Shown one piece after another: positions 50,355 to 62,076 of a DNA stretch of 64,000 bases. The translations under genes and the position numbers were made by a program. The DNA lies in NCBI GenBank assembly GCA_951406725.2, contig OX597826.1:83948001-84012000 (forward strand). The letters are read 5' to 3'. The notes beneath the pieces were generated by a model. That model had not been told where the DNA came from, made no database searches, and was given only the letters and a program-made list of their open reading frames with translations. Every line of letters starts with the position of its first letter. The stretch's first letter is position 1. Origin of the DNA: Octopus vulgaris. Lineage: Eukaryota.

Positions 50355-50710
50355 TACTCGACTCCATTGGTCATGAATGACCATGGGTGCACCTAAGAGG
50401 TTCCCCTCTGGGCTACAAGTCTGGGCAGAAAGTTGCCTCACTGACAAACGCACAACCTAAGGTTGTTTTTATGGAAGACCAGCAGTTGCCCCTGCATACC
50501 AGTGCTCCCTTTCCACACCACCGATGTCATCCAAGGGAAAGGAAAGGGCCAATACAGCTTGGCACTAGTGACGTTGCAACTCATTTCTACATATGAGTAA
50601 ACTAGAGCAACGTAAAATAAAGTGTCTTGATGCAGCCCAGTCCGGGAATTGAACTCACTACCTCATGATTGGGAGCCTGACACTCTAGCCACTGAGCCAT
50701 GTGTCTTCAC
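50355..50710 (-). mobile_element. tRNA-derived SINE (CORE-like)
   Basis: Minus strand TGGCTCAGTGG (A box), GAGTTCAATTCC (B box), CAAGACACTTTATTTTACGTTGCTC; terminal hairpin CCATTGGTCATGAATGACCATGG. Confidence 0.75.
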
Positions 50711-52081
50711 ATGGTAACAGTAACTGCTAAAGATAGCAGTCATTAACTCAAGTGCCAAATGGTAGAGTTAACCCAGGTAATAGAATGCTATGGTTAATTC
50801 CAGATTATCTCAGCTGTTTACAATCAGTACCAGATTATCGGTACAAGGCTGCAGATTGGTACAATTGTTAAAAATGAACAAAATGCCTTGTAATATTGGT
50901 TCCAGTTCTTTAATATTCTGAATTTGTTTGTAACAGATCTTGTTCTTTCTCTTTGACAATATTAATGTCACGAAGAGAGAAGACTGTTTGGGAAAACTAC
51001 TGTTTTTATAAAAAATACTTTGGTCTGCACACTGAAGATATTGTTCCCTCGGGATATCTTTCAAAGCTAATAATATTTGCAATCACCATTCCTCACAAAA
51101 ATTCTGAGGCCACCATAATTTATAATTCCATCTACCCTTAGCACAAGCAGCAGCAGCAGCAGCAGCACTAAGAAGGTCCTTTCAAGAATCTCAACATTCT
51201 GATTTCTTCAATTACACTGGGAGACATGACTATCAATCAATTAAATTGATCCCAGTGTGTGACCGGTCCTTTGTGGATCCCAGAAGGATGAAAACAAAGT
51301 TAACTGAAGTGGGATTTGAAGTTAGAATGTAAAAGACCAGAACTAAATATCACAAGGAATATTCTTGGATGCTCTACCAATTTTTTAAATTCATGTCCAA
51401 GATGTCCTCCTTGAATATTCTTATTCCAAAATGAAGATATGTTGTTTAGCCTTAAGTAGCCCCTAACAATGAAAGACATTGCTATCATGACCCTTTCTCT
51501 GTATATTTAGTACTACAATGTACAATGTATCCTTTTTTTTTTAAATAATGTGATTTGAGAGATTTTGCTTCTATTTCTAGCAGATTGAGCAACTATGTAG
51601 ATCCTTCTACAATGGTTCATTACTGAAATATATTCCATGTTAATTTGTTTCATTAGGAACAAATTAATATCAAATATATTTCATTAGAATTACTTTCTTA
51701 TTTTTTAGGGAAAAAAAGTTCTTCCTTAAAAATGTATAAAGAACATTTAAGCAACTTATTATGATTATGCTTTCCAGCCTTGACCATCCCATCTTATTTA
51801 GTTTCCCAAACATTTTGCATTAAAGATGACCTAATCCAATTATTCTTTTTAAAAACAAAAACAGTAGTGTGAATTGCTGGAGATTTGACTGCTATTTCTA
51901 GAATGTTGAATGACCATGTTGAGACTCACCTTGGGTTCACATTTTTCCATCTGTTGGGTATGGTAGCAGTAACCCTGTATAATAGGGCACTGAATGAGGG
52001 TACCCAAGTATTAGATACATAGAGAGGTATTAATAGCACATAGAGCCCAATCTCAGCTCTGATTCAGCAAAAATCACAAAT

Positions 52082-52684
52082 GGGATCTCTTCCTTTTGAA
52101 CGGCAGTTTGTAACATAATTTCTAGGTAACTAAAAAGTTTTAAACTTCGTATACTGGTAGAATGTGTTTATAAAACATCGTTTTCTCTTGGTTTTATTGA
52201 GAAAATTCTATAGTTTGTAAGATATTTCGTCTGAAAATCCGAGCATTTTGGCAATTTTAACCAATCGATTACCGCCATTCAACTAAAATCATTTGCTGCG
52301 TCTAAAACTGAGACAACATCCTGTCACTAACCCTAAACCTACCCTAACCCTACATTTTTTTTTCTTAATTGTTACGCGTGTAAAAAAAATAAAGCGTGTG
52401 TATAAAATTATAGAATTATTTTGTTTGTTAATTGTTTAAATTATTTTCCATTGCTTTATTTTTTTTACCCGCGTAACAATTAAATTAATTTAACAATTAA
52501 GAAAAAAAATGTAGGGTTAGGGTGAGGTTTAGGGTTAGTGACAGGATGTTGTCTCAGTTTTAGACGCAGCAAATGATTTTAGCTCAAAAGAGAGCATAGG
52601 ATTGGTTAAAATTCGACCAGTATACGAAGTTTTAAAGTGTTTAGTTAACTAGAAATTGTCTGTCGTTCAAAAAGAAAAGAACCC
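52082..52684. mobile_element. Foldback-type non-autonomous DNA element with internal telomere-like repeats
   Basis: TIRs GGGATCTCTTCCTTTTGAACGGCAG / CTGTCGTTCAAAAAGAAAAGAACCC; inner inverted arms about 52283-52395 and 52453-52582 with TAACCC / GGGTTA units. Confidence 0.8.
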
Positions 52685-52696
52685 AGAAATGTTCCA

Positions 52697-52784
52697 TCTG
52701 ACGTGCAAATCGATCGTCGAAACCGGGTGTAGGGGCGAAAAACCAATCGAGCCGTCTTGTAGCTGGTTCCCTCCGAAGTTTCCC
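52697..52784 (+). pseudogene. 28S: Dispersed 28S rRNA fragment (88 bp)
   Basis: CTGACGTGCAAATCGATCGTC ... AGGGGCGAAA ... AATCGA ... GTAGCTGGTTCCCTCCGAAGTTTCCC is a conserved eukaryotic LSU segment; flanks are not rDNA. Confidence 0.9.
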
Positions 52785-53142
52785 GTTTTCTTTCTTTTTT
52801 TTCTTTTTCCATTCAGCTTCAGTTTATCTAAGACTATATTATCCTACATGATTCTCCTTAATTAAGGCAGCAAGACGTAGTTTGAGGAGATTTGACAGCT
52901 ATTTCTAGCAAGTCGAGTGACCACACTGAGACTCCTTTGACGAGCATTTTTGGGTGCTTGTAGTCATGAATCCAGCTCCTCCCGAGTGAATAATTTACAG
53001 AAGGAAGGAGTAGTTCCATGACTTATGAACGATAAATTATGACTAAATTTTAAATAAAACCTTAACTGAATCCAGACACGACGAGCTAGAAATAATAGCC
53101 ACATAACATCACACCCAACCCTCTATAATATATATATATATA

Positions 53143-53328
53143 AACCGCTTTTTTTTTTCTTTTAGAAAAACATAAACCCGGAGAAGAAGCACACTCTAAG
53201 AAGTAGAGCAGTCTAAATTAATGGTGAAGGCCGGTTTATAGGGTTACCCTGGGTTTCTCGCCATAAAGTGTGCCTTTATAGCGTATCTTCAGACCCTAAG
53301 ACCCATTGGCCTCTTTAAAATATGAATG
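53143..53328 (-). mobile_element. 186-bp hammerhead-bearing insert between (TA)n runs
   Basis: (TA)n at 53128-53142 and 53329-53348; no coding sequence. Confidence 0.7.
53239..53298 (-). ncRNA. Type-I hammerhead ribozyme with canonical core
   Basis: UAGGGU CUGAAGA UA CGCUAUAAAG-GCACA-CUUUAUGGCG A GAAA CCCAGGG UA ACCCUA: 6-bp stem I, 10-bp stem II, GUA site. Confidence 0.9.
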
Positions 53329-55104
53329 TATATATATATATATATATACAAAAGGAGCCTTAAGACAATGTTGAACTGAATACACTTGTCTGAGATGTTA
53401 CGGTCACAGTTGGAATGTCCGAGATTACAAGCATGTTCGATCCCTTTCTCACATCAGTATCTGCTGAGCCCCTTGTGGGTAGTAAAGAAATAAGTATCTG
53501 AGGCCCAGAAAATGTTCACGAGTCCTACCCTTTCTCCTTTATACCATTAAACAACAATACTCGACGATATAAGAACGAACCAAATACTCTGACGAGGTGA
53601 AAAAAAATCACTGATGGAAAGTGAGGAGGCAAATGTTTGCTATTAATCCCATTAAGTGATAATGAAGAATTGGAACATATTCCACAGTCACAGAGTTACT
53701 GAGGGAATAATAGAATTGCTTTGGTTTGTATAAACTGTGAAACTACACATATTGTGATATACCGCGATTTATTCACGTGTGTGTGTGTGTGTGTGTGATG
53801 GTGAGTTTGTGAAAATCTATTTGTTTGGCCCGTGAGCCAGATGTTTAATCTGTGTTGTTGTTGTCATTAGTTTGTAGGTAATACAATGGAAATCAATAGA
53901 AATTATAAATTCACGAAAAAAGAAAAGAAATACAGGAATTCGTTTTAACAACGAAAACTGCTGCTGTAAGAAATAATGAAGAATGGTAAAGAACATAATC
54001 GACGAAGAAATGAAAGAAGGAAGACTAATTTTAAAAAAAACAGAAAACGAAAGATGAATGAATGAATGAACGAAGAATATAAAAAACAAAGAGGACAGAA
54101 GAAAGAAAAGAAAGCATCAAGAGTTGACGATTAAAATGTAAACAAATATTTCGATAATTATCGAAATCTAATGGAGAATTCATGTTTTTGAGGCTGGGAA
54201 TTAGAATTGAACCCCGGACTCGATCCACCGAAATATCGGATACATACATATGTTGGTATTCAATAGGCATTTGTTATGTTGTTAGTATGCGGTGGGGAAA
54301 GGCACAAACGTTCGAAATATATTTTTTCTATCCATAATAAAACAACTCTGATGATTTGTATCGCAGAAGTATTTAAAAATAACAATAAAGAATTACAAGA
54401 AGTCGAATTTATTTCGGGAATATTGTTGGTATTGGTATTAACGGATGGGATTTAAGGATGTTATGATGTTTATGCCTTCTCCAAGGACACTTGTAACAAT
54501 AAGAGAGGAGAAATACTCTGAGAATCGAAGCCAAATCGTCTGCTACCTCAAGTCTGTGACATACCCTGCTTCTTTTATGAAGTGCCATAAAAGAAATGTT
54601 GTTTAATCTTAGGCATCTCTGATAGAGAAAACCCTAACCGCAAAGCATTCCACCCATGGCTATACATACAGTCATGTGGGTTACCTAGGACTACATTATG
54701 TAATGTGTTCCTTTCTTTTTACATGACAATGGATTTGTGTGTGACGAGAGGGAGATTTGATTAGAAATCCATCAGGCCCAACGGCCAAACAGAAGGATTA
54801 CATTTTTCAAAATCCTTTCATTTCTCCAAACACAACTACTTCTTCAGTTGTGTTGGTAAAACCATTGGGAAAGGCATGAATATCAAAACATCTAATATTC
54901 TGTTTCAATAATTTTTAGGTATCATCGCTATATTGTTAACCACAATTATTAAAGACTTGGACCCGGTCCACTTCGAACACTTTACTTCTCTTCCCTAACA
55001 CGGAATGAATGTCACAACATCACTATTTTCCACTCCTCCTTCTTCCTCATTATGGGTTTCATGTATTTAAAGAATCAAAACAAAAACTATAATTACATAT
55101 TTTC

Positions 55105-55310
55105 TAGCAGAATCGTCAGCGCGTCGAACAAAATGCATAGCGATATATTTGTAATGGCTCTTTGCGTTCTGAGTTGAAATGTCGCCGAGATGAAGTTTAC
55201 CTTTCGCCCTTTCGGGATCAATAAAATAAGACACCAATCGAATGCTAGGGTCGGTTCAATCGACTAGGCCCCGTTCCTCTTCAAATTGCTGGCCTTGTCC
55301 CAAAATTAGA
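55105..55310 (+). mobile_element. tRNA-derived SINE (family B)
   Basis: Sense copy: GCAGAATCGTCAGC ... TTCTGAGTTGAAAT ... CCTTTCGGGATCAATAAAATAAG ... AAATTGCTGGCCTTGT. Confidence 0.75.
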
Positions 55311-55671
55311 AACAGTTATACAAATGGGAGATTCGTTTCTCAGTTGATATCGATTCATTTCTTTTATGCCGCTAAAACCAGCCAAGAAGAAAGGCATGAA
55401 CATCACACAGTCTGATCTTTCCCCTTCTTTGCAAATGCCTGTAAATGGCTCCAATAACGACCGCTTCTCCTAACCCCCAATAAGAAAAGTTATTGTTACA
55501 ACTATTGATGTAATTATATTGATCAAGCAAGATCCAAAGGATGAAGGGGGTGACTGATTTTAAACAATCTGGAAAGTTTTTTTGTTTTCTTAAACAGATT
55601 ATTAAGCTGTATGGATCTCTTCGGGATTATCTTCAAGAGATAGAAGGATAAACAGACAGAGAAAAAAAACA

Positions 55672-55676
55672 GATAG

Positions 55677-55733
<57 letters not shown>

Positions 55734-55806
55734 TAGATAGACAGATAGACAGACAGAGATAGATAGATAGATAGATAGATAGACAGACATAGATAGATAG
55801 ATAGAC

Positions 55807-55859
<53 letters not shown>

Positions 55860-55933
55860 CATAGATAGATAGATAGACAGACATAGATAGATAGATAGAT
55901 GGAGAGATAGACAGACAGACAGATAGATAGATA
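55672..55933. repeat. (GATA/GACA/GA)n microsatellite
   Basis: Direct reading. Confidence 0.97.
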
Positions 55934-58374
55934 TGCTACTCACCAGCCACATTAAGTCGGGAGGTATAATCATGATGAAACAATTATATATATGTGTGTA
56001 TATATGTATGTATGTGTATATATATATACGCCAAACGTATACAAAGGTTGATCGAAGCTAAAGCAAGTTTCCTCCGTTGTGTCTCGAATTCAAATTGTCA
56101 TCTGTCAGTTTAATGAGACCGGAAGCTAATCCTTATATTTTTCTGATACAAGCACTTGCTTACATACGGTGAATGCTGCTAGTAGTCCCCTTCTAATAAT
56201 AACGATTTTTACAGACACATAAACAGGTAAAGCTCCCAGTGTCAAGGCGGCGGTCCGGTTTCGATTCACGGCGTTTCATTTTTTTTTTTTTCGTTGGTTC
56301 CGCTTTTAAAAGTATATGAGAAAATGTAAGAATACTGTGCACTTTTATTGTTTCATATTCTTAAAGAATTCGCACGATCGAATAATAAATATAAGCATGG
56401 GACGGGCACAGTTTTGGAACTTTACCGTGTTTCATTTTTCCGAATGTTACCCTTAAATTTTTACTCGCATTGATTATTTTCCCAGAGGAAAACGAATTAT
56501 AGCCACATATTCCCAGTCTTTCTATTATCAATTTGAAATGTGCTTTTTCTAAGAAATCGATTATAACGATATTCGACTTATTAAGCTCTCAAAGCGGGAA
56601 CGTTAGAAATTGTGTACTGTTAGAAAGACTGTTTTGGATCGTCAAGGACATTATATTACCGAAATTATAGTGTACAGCGATGCTAATGATTCCCTGATGT
56701 GTATATTCGTATAAATTCTGTGTATTTTAGTTACTTCCACAATTATAAATGAACAAAAATGTGTGAAAAGGGATAAGAAATATCGATTTATAAGGAACAA
56801 AGAAATTATATTTTAGGAAAACAGAGAAATGGAAAGTTATGATTTTGATGCCAACCCAGAGGGTCGTTGGTGTTTGTAAAGGTGGAAAGCGGGTGATTGA
56901 GACGGCATGTATTTTTGGTTGAGTGCCATCTCTTGAAATTTTGGCTACTTCGGTATTTGGTTCTTCCTTCCGGAAGCTTAATTCATGCAAATTTAGTTTC
57001 CTACACACACACAGTCTCACACACACACACACATGTACACATACATACTTATATATACACATATATATATTTATACTAGTATACCCGTGTCGTCAAAAAT
57101 GCTGGCAGTTTTATTAATGACAGAAAATGGCACATCAAAACAATGGGGTTAAAAACCATTGATAAATGTCAACAATAGATTAAATATATGTACGCATACA
57201 GTATTGAAACTTGTAAACAAGGGGATGTGGTTGTAATGTCTCAATTGAAAATATTATTTTCCATATATATACTAATTACACAATAAGGTGTTGTGGATGT
57301 TAAACATAGAAGTATAGATCGATGATGAATTTACAATAACATAAGAAACTCCTAATATGAACTTAACAGTTTGACATTAACCAACCAGCTGTGACATGTT
57401 CAGTTTATAATTATGGCTTCCTTCTACTCACATTTACCTTAACTTACAAATTACACCATTTCTGCAGTTTGTGTTTGGACTTAGACTTCATTTTACATTT
57501 AAAAAAAAAACATCCAAAACAACTGATACGATACAACTGTTAACTAGTATCATACCACTAATAGCTGACAGCAGATTACCCCACACCCACACCACACCCC
57601 TTCCCATACCTGACTGACATAACTGATTACCATCAGTAGCCAATTTGTTTGTTGATCAAGAATTTTATATATTTATATAATTTATATCATCATCATCATC
57701 GTTTAATGTCCACTTTCCATGCTAGCATGGGTTGGACGGTTCGACTGGGGTCTAGGAAGCCAGGAGGCTGCGCCAGGCTCCAGTCTGATCTGGCACCATG
57801 CTTTCAGTAGTTGTTTCAGAAATGTAAATAGTCATGAGCACCCATAGACCTTCCCTTGGTCCTTCCAATTGTTGATCCAACAGAATATTGAGGGTGTAAC
57901 ATCAAGGGCAATGGTTTCCTAAATGGATGGTATTGCCCACCTGGGGGCAAAGAAAAAATCTAGGGAAGCATTGAAGAGTAATGAAGGTGGTCAAAAGGGA
58001 GTACTGGCTGGCAAGTGCCCACCAATTTTTGTGACGTTTAGAAAAAAAATCAATCTATGCAAAGTTGTTTGAAGTTGGTTTTCTTTGCAAAACAAGAACA
58101 ACAAAAAAAAGCAGACAAAGTTGGCCATAAAATTGCCAAATGAATTTCCAAGGAAGATATATTACTGCCCAAAAGCTGCATCAACAACAACAATAATGAT
58201 AACAAGAGTACCAACAAGAACGAGATTAAAAGAATACATATATAATACACACACATCATCATCATCATCATCGTTTAACATCCGTTTTCCATGTTGGCAT
58301 GGGTTGGACAGTTCAACTAGGGTCTGGAAAGCCAGGAGGCTGCTCCAGTCTGATTTGGCAATGTTTCTATAGCA

Positions 58375-59767
58375 GTTATATAAATTATCTTAATTTATAG
58401 AGTTTTGAGTATAATTTATTGTAGTTAATTATAAATTTTAGGTTTATAGTGAAAGATATTATAGTGTATAGTGATTCTATTCTCTATTAGTGACTTTGTT
58501 CTCTTTATCTATTAAAGCTAAAATATATTCGTAGTTTTCATTGATAAAATATATTCATAGTTTTCATTGATAAATGAATATTTCCATCTGTTTGTTCTAT
58601 TTCTGTTAATAATGTAATTCCACGAGTTTTCTTATAAACGCTTAAAAAGACGTTTTCCATTTTGAAATTTTAGTTAATGACACGCTTTTCGAGAGTTAAG
58701 TAAACTTTTTTATTTAAGAAATTTTAATGTATTCTATGTAACTATTGATTTTTAAATTTGAATTTATAATTATTTTAGTTGTTAATAATAATTTAGGTAT
58801 GTACATTTATTTAATTATTATTAGTATATAATTATTATAACTGAACGTAAATTTTAAGATGTTAGTTTGTCACTGTGGTATATAGATCGTAAAAATGTTT
58901 TTGATAATAATGATAATAGTGATGATAATAGTAATAAGATTTTTTTAAAGATAGGTTATATGTTTTTAATTTGATTTTTCAATTTTTAAATTGTAATTCA
59001 TAAATATATTCTATAGATATTTATAATATTTATGTAAGTAATAATGGACTGATTTATTTTGGGTTATATGTTTATATATTTATTGATAGAGAAAATTTCA
59101 GATTTTTAATTACTATATTTGTTGATTATAATTTAGATACTTATTTTTATGCATTTATTATTTTATAATTATTAGATGTGAACTTAAATCTAAAAATATT
59201 AATAGTGATTATTTTGTTAAATAATTTGGTAATTAAATATTGGAGTATAACTGAGGTAAAGATATTTGATAGTTTATTATGTTTTTTTAAGCCAAATTAT
59301 ATCTTCAAAGACAAATACATATTTCTATCTATTTTTTTACCTTAAAAATTAAATATTTAACATAATAAATGTGTTGTAGGAAATAATCCTAATGTTTTAA
59401 GTTTCAAATTTTGTTAATGGAGTATTTTTCTATAAGAAAAATTATTATTTTATTTATTTTTTAAATAAACATTGTTTAACTCTATTTGCTTATTTATTTA
59501 ACTATTATCATTAACCTGAAGATTGACTATAATTTTAAATCGAATTTATTTCAATTGAATTTAAACTTAATTGTAATTCAAATTTAATTGTAGCTATGAA
59601 ACGTACGTAGTTTCTTTACTTATTATATATTGATCATTCATTTTTATACTTTTTGAGATCTAGTTATATGTTTTATAAAAATATATATTATTTGTTATTT
59701 ATGTTTTGGTTTATGTCTATCACTGTTTGAGTTGCATAATAGTGGTTTTATCTCTAATTTATATTTT
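58375..59767 (+). mobile_element. Very AT-rich segment ending in a hammerhead and (TA)n; probable Penelope-like 3' region
   Basis: Sharp compositional shift, no ORF, hammerhead at 59513-59612, (TA)n from 59768. Confidence 0.45.
59513..59612 (+). ncRNA. Type-I hammerhead ribozyme with long AT-rich stem II
   Basis: AAC CUGAAGA UUGACUAUAAUU...AAUUGUAGCUAU GAAA CGUACG UA GUU; palindromic ACGUACGU stem III; stem I only 3 bp. Confidence 0.7.
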
Positions 59768-60119
59768 ATATACATATATATATATATATATATGACACTA
59801 TTTTCAAGGACAATGGTTAAAATTCAAATTTGCTTTATTTTCTTCTTTTTTTTTTACACTGATACATATACAATACAAACATATATCTACACATACTCAT
59901 ATGTGCATGCATGTACATACTCATACACTAACATACACAACACATACACACACATACGTTCAAACAATTCAAATTATTTACGCTCATACGGTTATATATA
60001 ACTACATATATGTATTTTAGTATCATGCATTTCAACATGTATGTATGGATTTCCACATGTAAATGAGAGAGAGAGAGGGGTGGTTATAGAATGGTACACT
60101 CGAGTGGAATATGGATGTT

Positions 60120-60775
60120 ACCCCTTCGAATTTACAGTTGAGAGTGGGTTTCTGTTCTTGTATGAAGACAGCTTCATTGACTCGTCTCATTGCATCAGTG
60201 GGATGTGTGGATAAGATGTTTAACTTAAGTCTCCCTAAGGAGCCCTTGTGACAGTCTACAGCATGCTGATAGAAGATGGAGTTTGGTTTTTTTTTCAATG
60301 TAGTTGTCCAGGTGTTCTTTGAACCTATCAATTATACTCCTAGAAGTCTCACCTATATATGACTCTGGGTTAGTCATGCAAGCTCCTTCTTGGCACTTAA
60401 TTTGATATACAGTGCTCTTGGTTTTGCAGTTCACATGTGGGTTTGGAGAACATACTGCACAATTATTTTGACATGTGATTCTTTCAAATGGATATGATCT
60501 ACATAATACAGATTTGATAGTCCTACCTGTCTTTTTTACAACTTTGATCTTAAGGCCAGTTGTGTGCAGGATTTTTTGAATGCCTTACTTAATTTGTTCT
60601 TAGGTGTGGCGTCAACAAACATTACACTGTGAAATTTCTTGTTATCATACCAAGGATTTTTATTTTATTTCTTTTGTTGGTGTCCCTCTCTAACCTATTC
60701 TAGAACTTGTTGCAGTATAGGGGGCATATACTGTTTTCATCATCTCTTAGAATGCGTTCGAATCTTGTTTTCACT

Positions 60776-60778
<3 letters not shown>
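60120..60778 (-). pseudogene. Penelope-like element C-terminal relic of a second lineage (GIY-YIG)
   Basis: SVMFVDATP, KTGRTIKSVLCRSYPF, CQNNCAVC, NCKTKSTVYQIKC, YIGETSRSIIDRFKEH, VNEAVFIQEQKPTLN with stops and frameshifts; starts at (TA)n. Confidence 0.85.
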
Positions 60779-60806
<28 letters not shown>

Positions 60807-60810
<4 letters not shown>

Positions 60811-60940
60811 GGGCATCCAGCTGTAGAAACACTGCCAGATCAGACTGGAGCCTGGTGCAGCTCCTGGCTTCCCAGACCCCGGTCGAACCGTCCAACCCAT
60901 GCTAGCGCGGAAAACGGACGTTAAATGATGATGATGATGA
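60807..60940 (+). mobile_element. RTE LINE extreme 3' end inserted in (TA)n
   Basis: GAAGGGCATCCAGCTGTAGAAAC...GGACGTTAAA(TGA)n with (TA)n on both sides. Confidence 0.88.
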
Positions 60941-60990
<50 letters not shown>

Positions 60991-60991
<1 letters not shown>

Positions 60992-61994
60992 CCAAAAAAT
61001 AAGCAACAAGAATGGATCCGGTAATTTAGTACAATTGTTTCATACTATAACAATTTATTAAACCTGCAAATATTACAGCAAATATAATATGTCAAGTAAT
61101 CTTCAGCTAATTTCATATAGGTTTTCCAATAATGTAAAGTTCTCAAATCAATTAGTAACATCTTAAAGAGTGTAAATATACCGATAAAGTTGTAGATGTG
61201 AGTTTCAGGAACTTGGAGCAAGATGCCAAGCAAACCAAGATTAAGTTCATATATGCTTTCCAACATTGTAAAGTTCTCAAATTAATTAGTGGCATCCCAG
61301 AGAAGGTAAATATACCGATAAAGTTGTGGATATGAATTTCAGGAAACATGAAGAAAGATGCCAGTCAGACCACGATTGAGTTCGCATCTAACTGTTGCAA
61401 GAAAAAATTTCTTTAGTGGTAGGAATGGTAGTAGGGTAGGTTAAGGAAGCTGATTAGCTGGAGAAAAGAACAGAAGGAGAAAAAAATTTTGGGGGTGTAA
61501 AAGGAACTAAGACAGATTGACACTAAAAAGAAGGGTCAGTCTATTTCTATGGTGACAGAAAATCTAGGTCAGTGTGGAAGGAACATTAAATTCTTAAGAG
61601 ACTGTAAGATTGACCACACCTTGCTTTCAAATGAAAGCCATCAGAATTTATAGTAGGAGAAAGGAAGATCTAAGGAAAACTATAAGAGGGTCTTAGGTTA
61701 TCGGCAGAGAAAGATACAGTAAGAAAATCAAGGTTAACACTAGAATAGAAGGCTATTTATTTTTATTTTTATTTTTGTTTTTATTTTAACTTTTATTTTT
61801 ATATGGTAAGGAAAGAATCTAGGTCACTATCTAGAGGTCAATTAAAATCAATAGCAAATGGAAGGGGAACTATACCTATTCAAATTTATAGTGAAAATCA
61901 AATATATTTATAATTTTATGGGTAATACCATAAAAAATTCTGGTGCATCTAAATTAAGTACCATATTCATTTGAATCTAAATTGTTTTGCTGAA

Positions 61995-61996
<2 letters not shown>
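60991..61996 (-). mobile_element. 1-kb (TA)n-flanked insert with terminal hammerhead and 134-bp tandem repeat
   Basis: (TA)n at both ends; hammerhead 32 nt from the minus-strand 3' end; repeat units offset 134 (CCGATAAAGTTG at 61181 and 61315). Confidence 0.6.
61023..61112 (-). ncRNA. Type-I hammerhead ribozyme with long AT-rich stem II
   Basis: AAUUAG CUGAAGA UUACUUGACA...UGUUAUAGUAU GAAA CAAUUG UA CUAAAUU; palindromic ACAAUUGU stem III, GUA site. Confidence 0.8.

Positions 61997-62076
<80 letters not shown>

Noticed and set aside
53586-53626. CTGACGA-GGTGA...TCACT hammerhead-like start
   Set aside because: The stem is followed by GATG rather than GAAA and there is no stem III or cleavage triplet.
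54345-54420. CTGATGA-TTTGTA...TACAA-GAAG
   Set aside because: GAAG instead of GAAA and no convincing stem I; compatible with chance in AT-rich DNA.
56232-56292. tRNA-like T-arm (GGTCCGGTTTCGATTCACGG) followed by poly-T
   Set aside because: No acceptor stem or D-arm can be folded; at most a tRNA/SINE relic.
58375-59500. Mitochondrial insertion suggested by extreme AT content
   Set aside because: No recognisable mitochondrial gene, rRNA or tRNA motif; the terminal hammerhead favours a retroelement origin.
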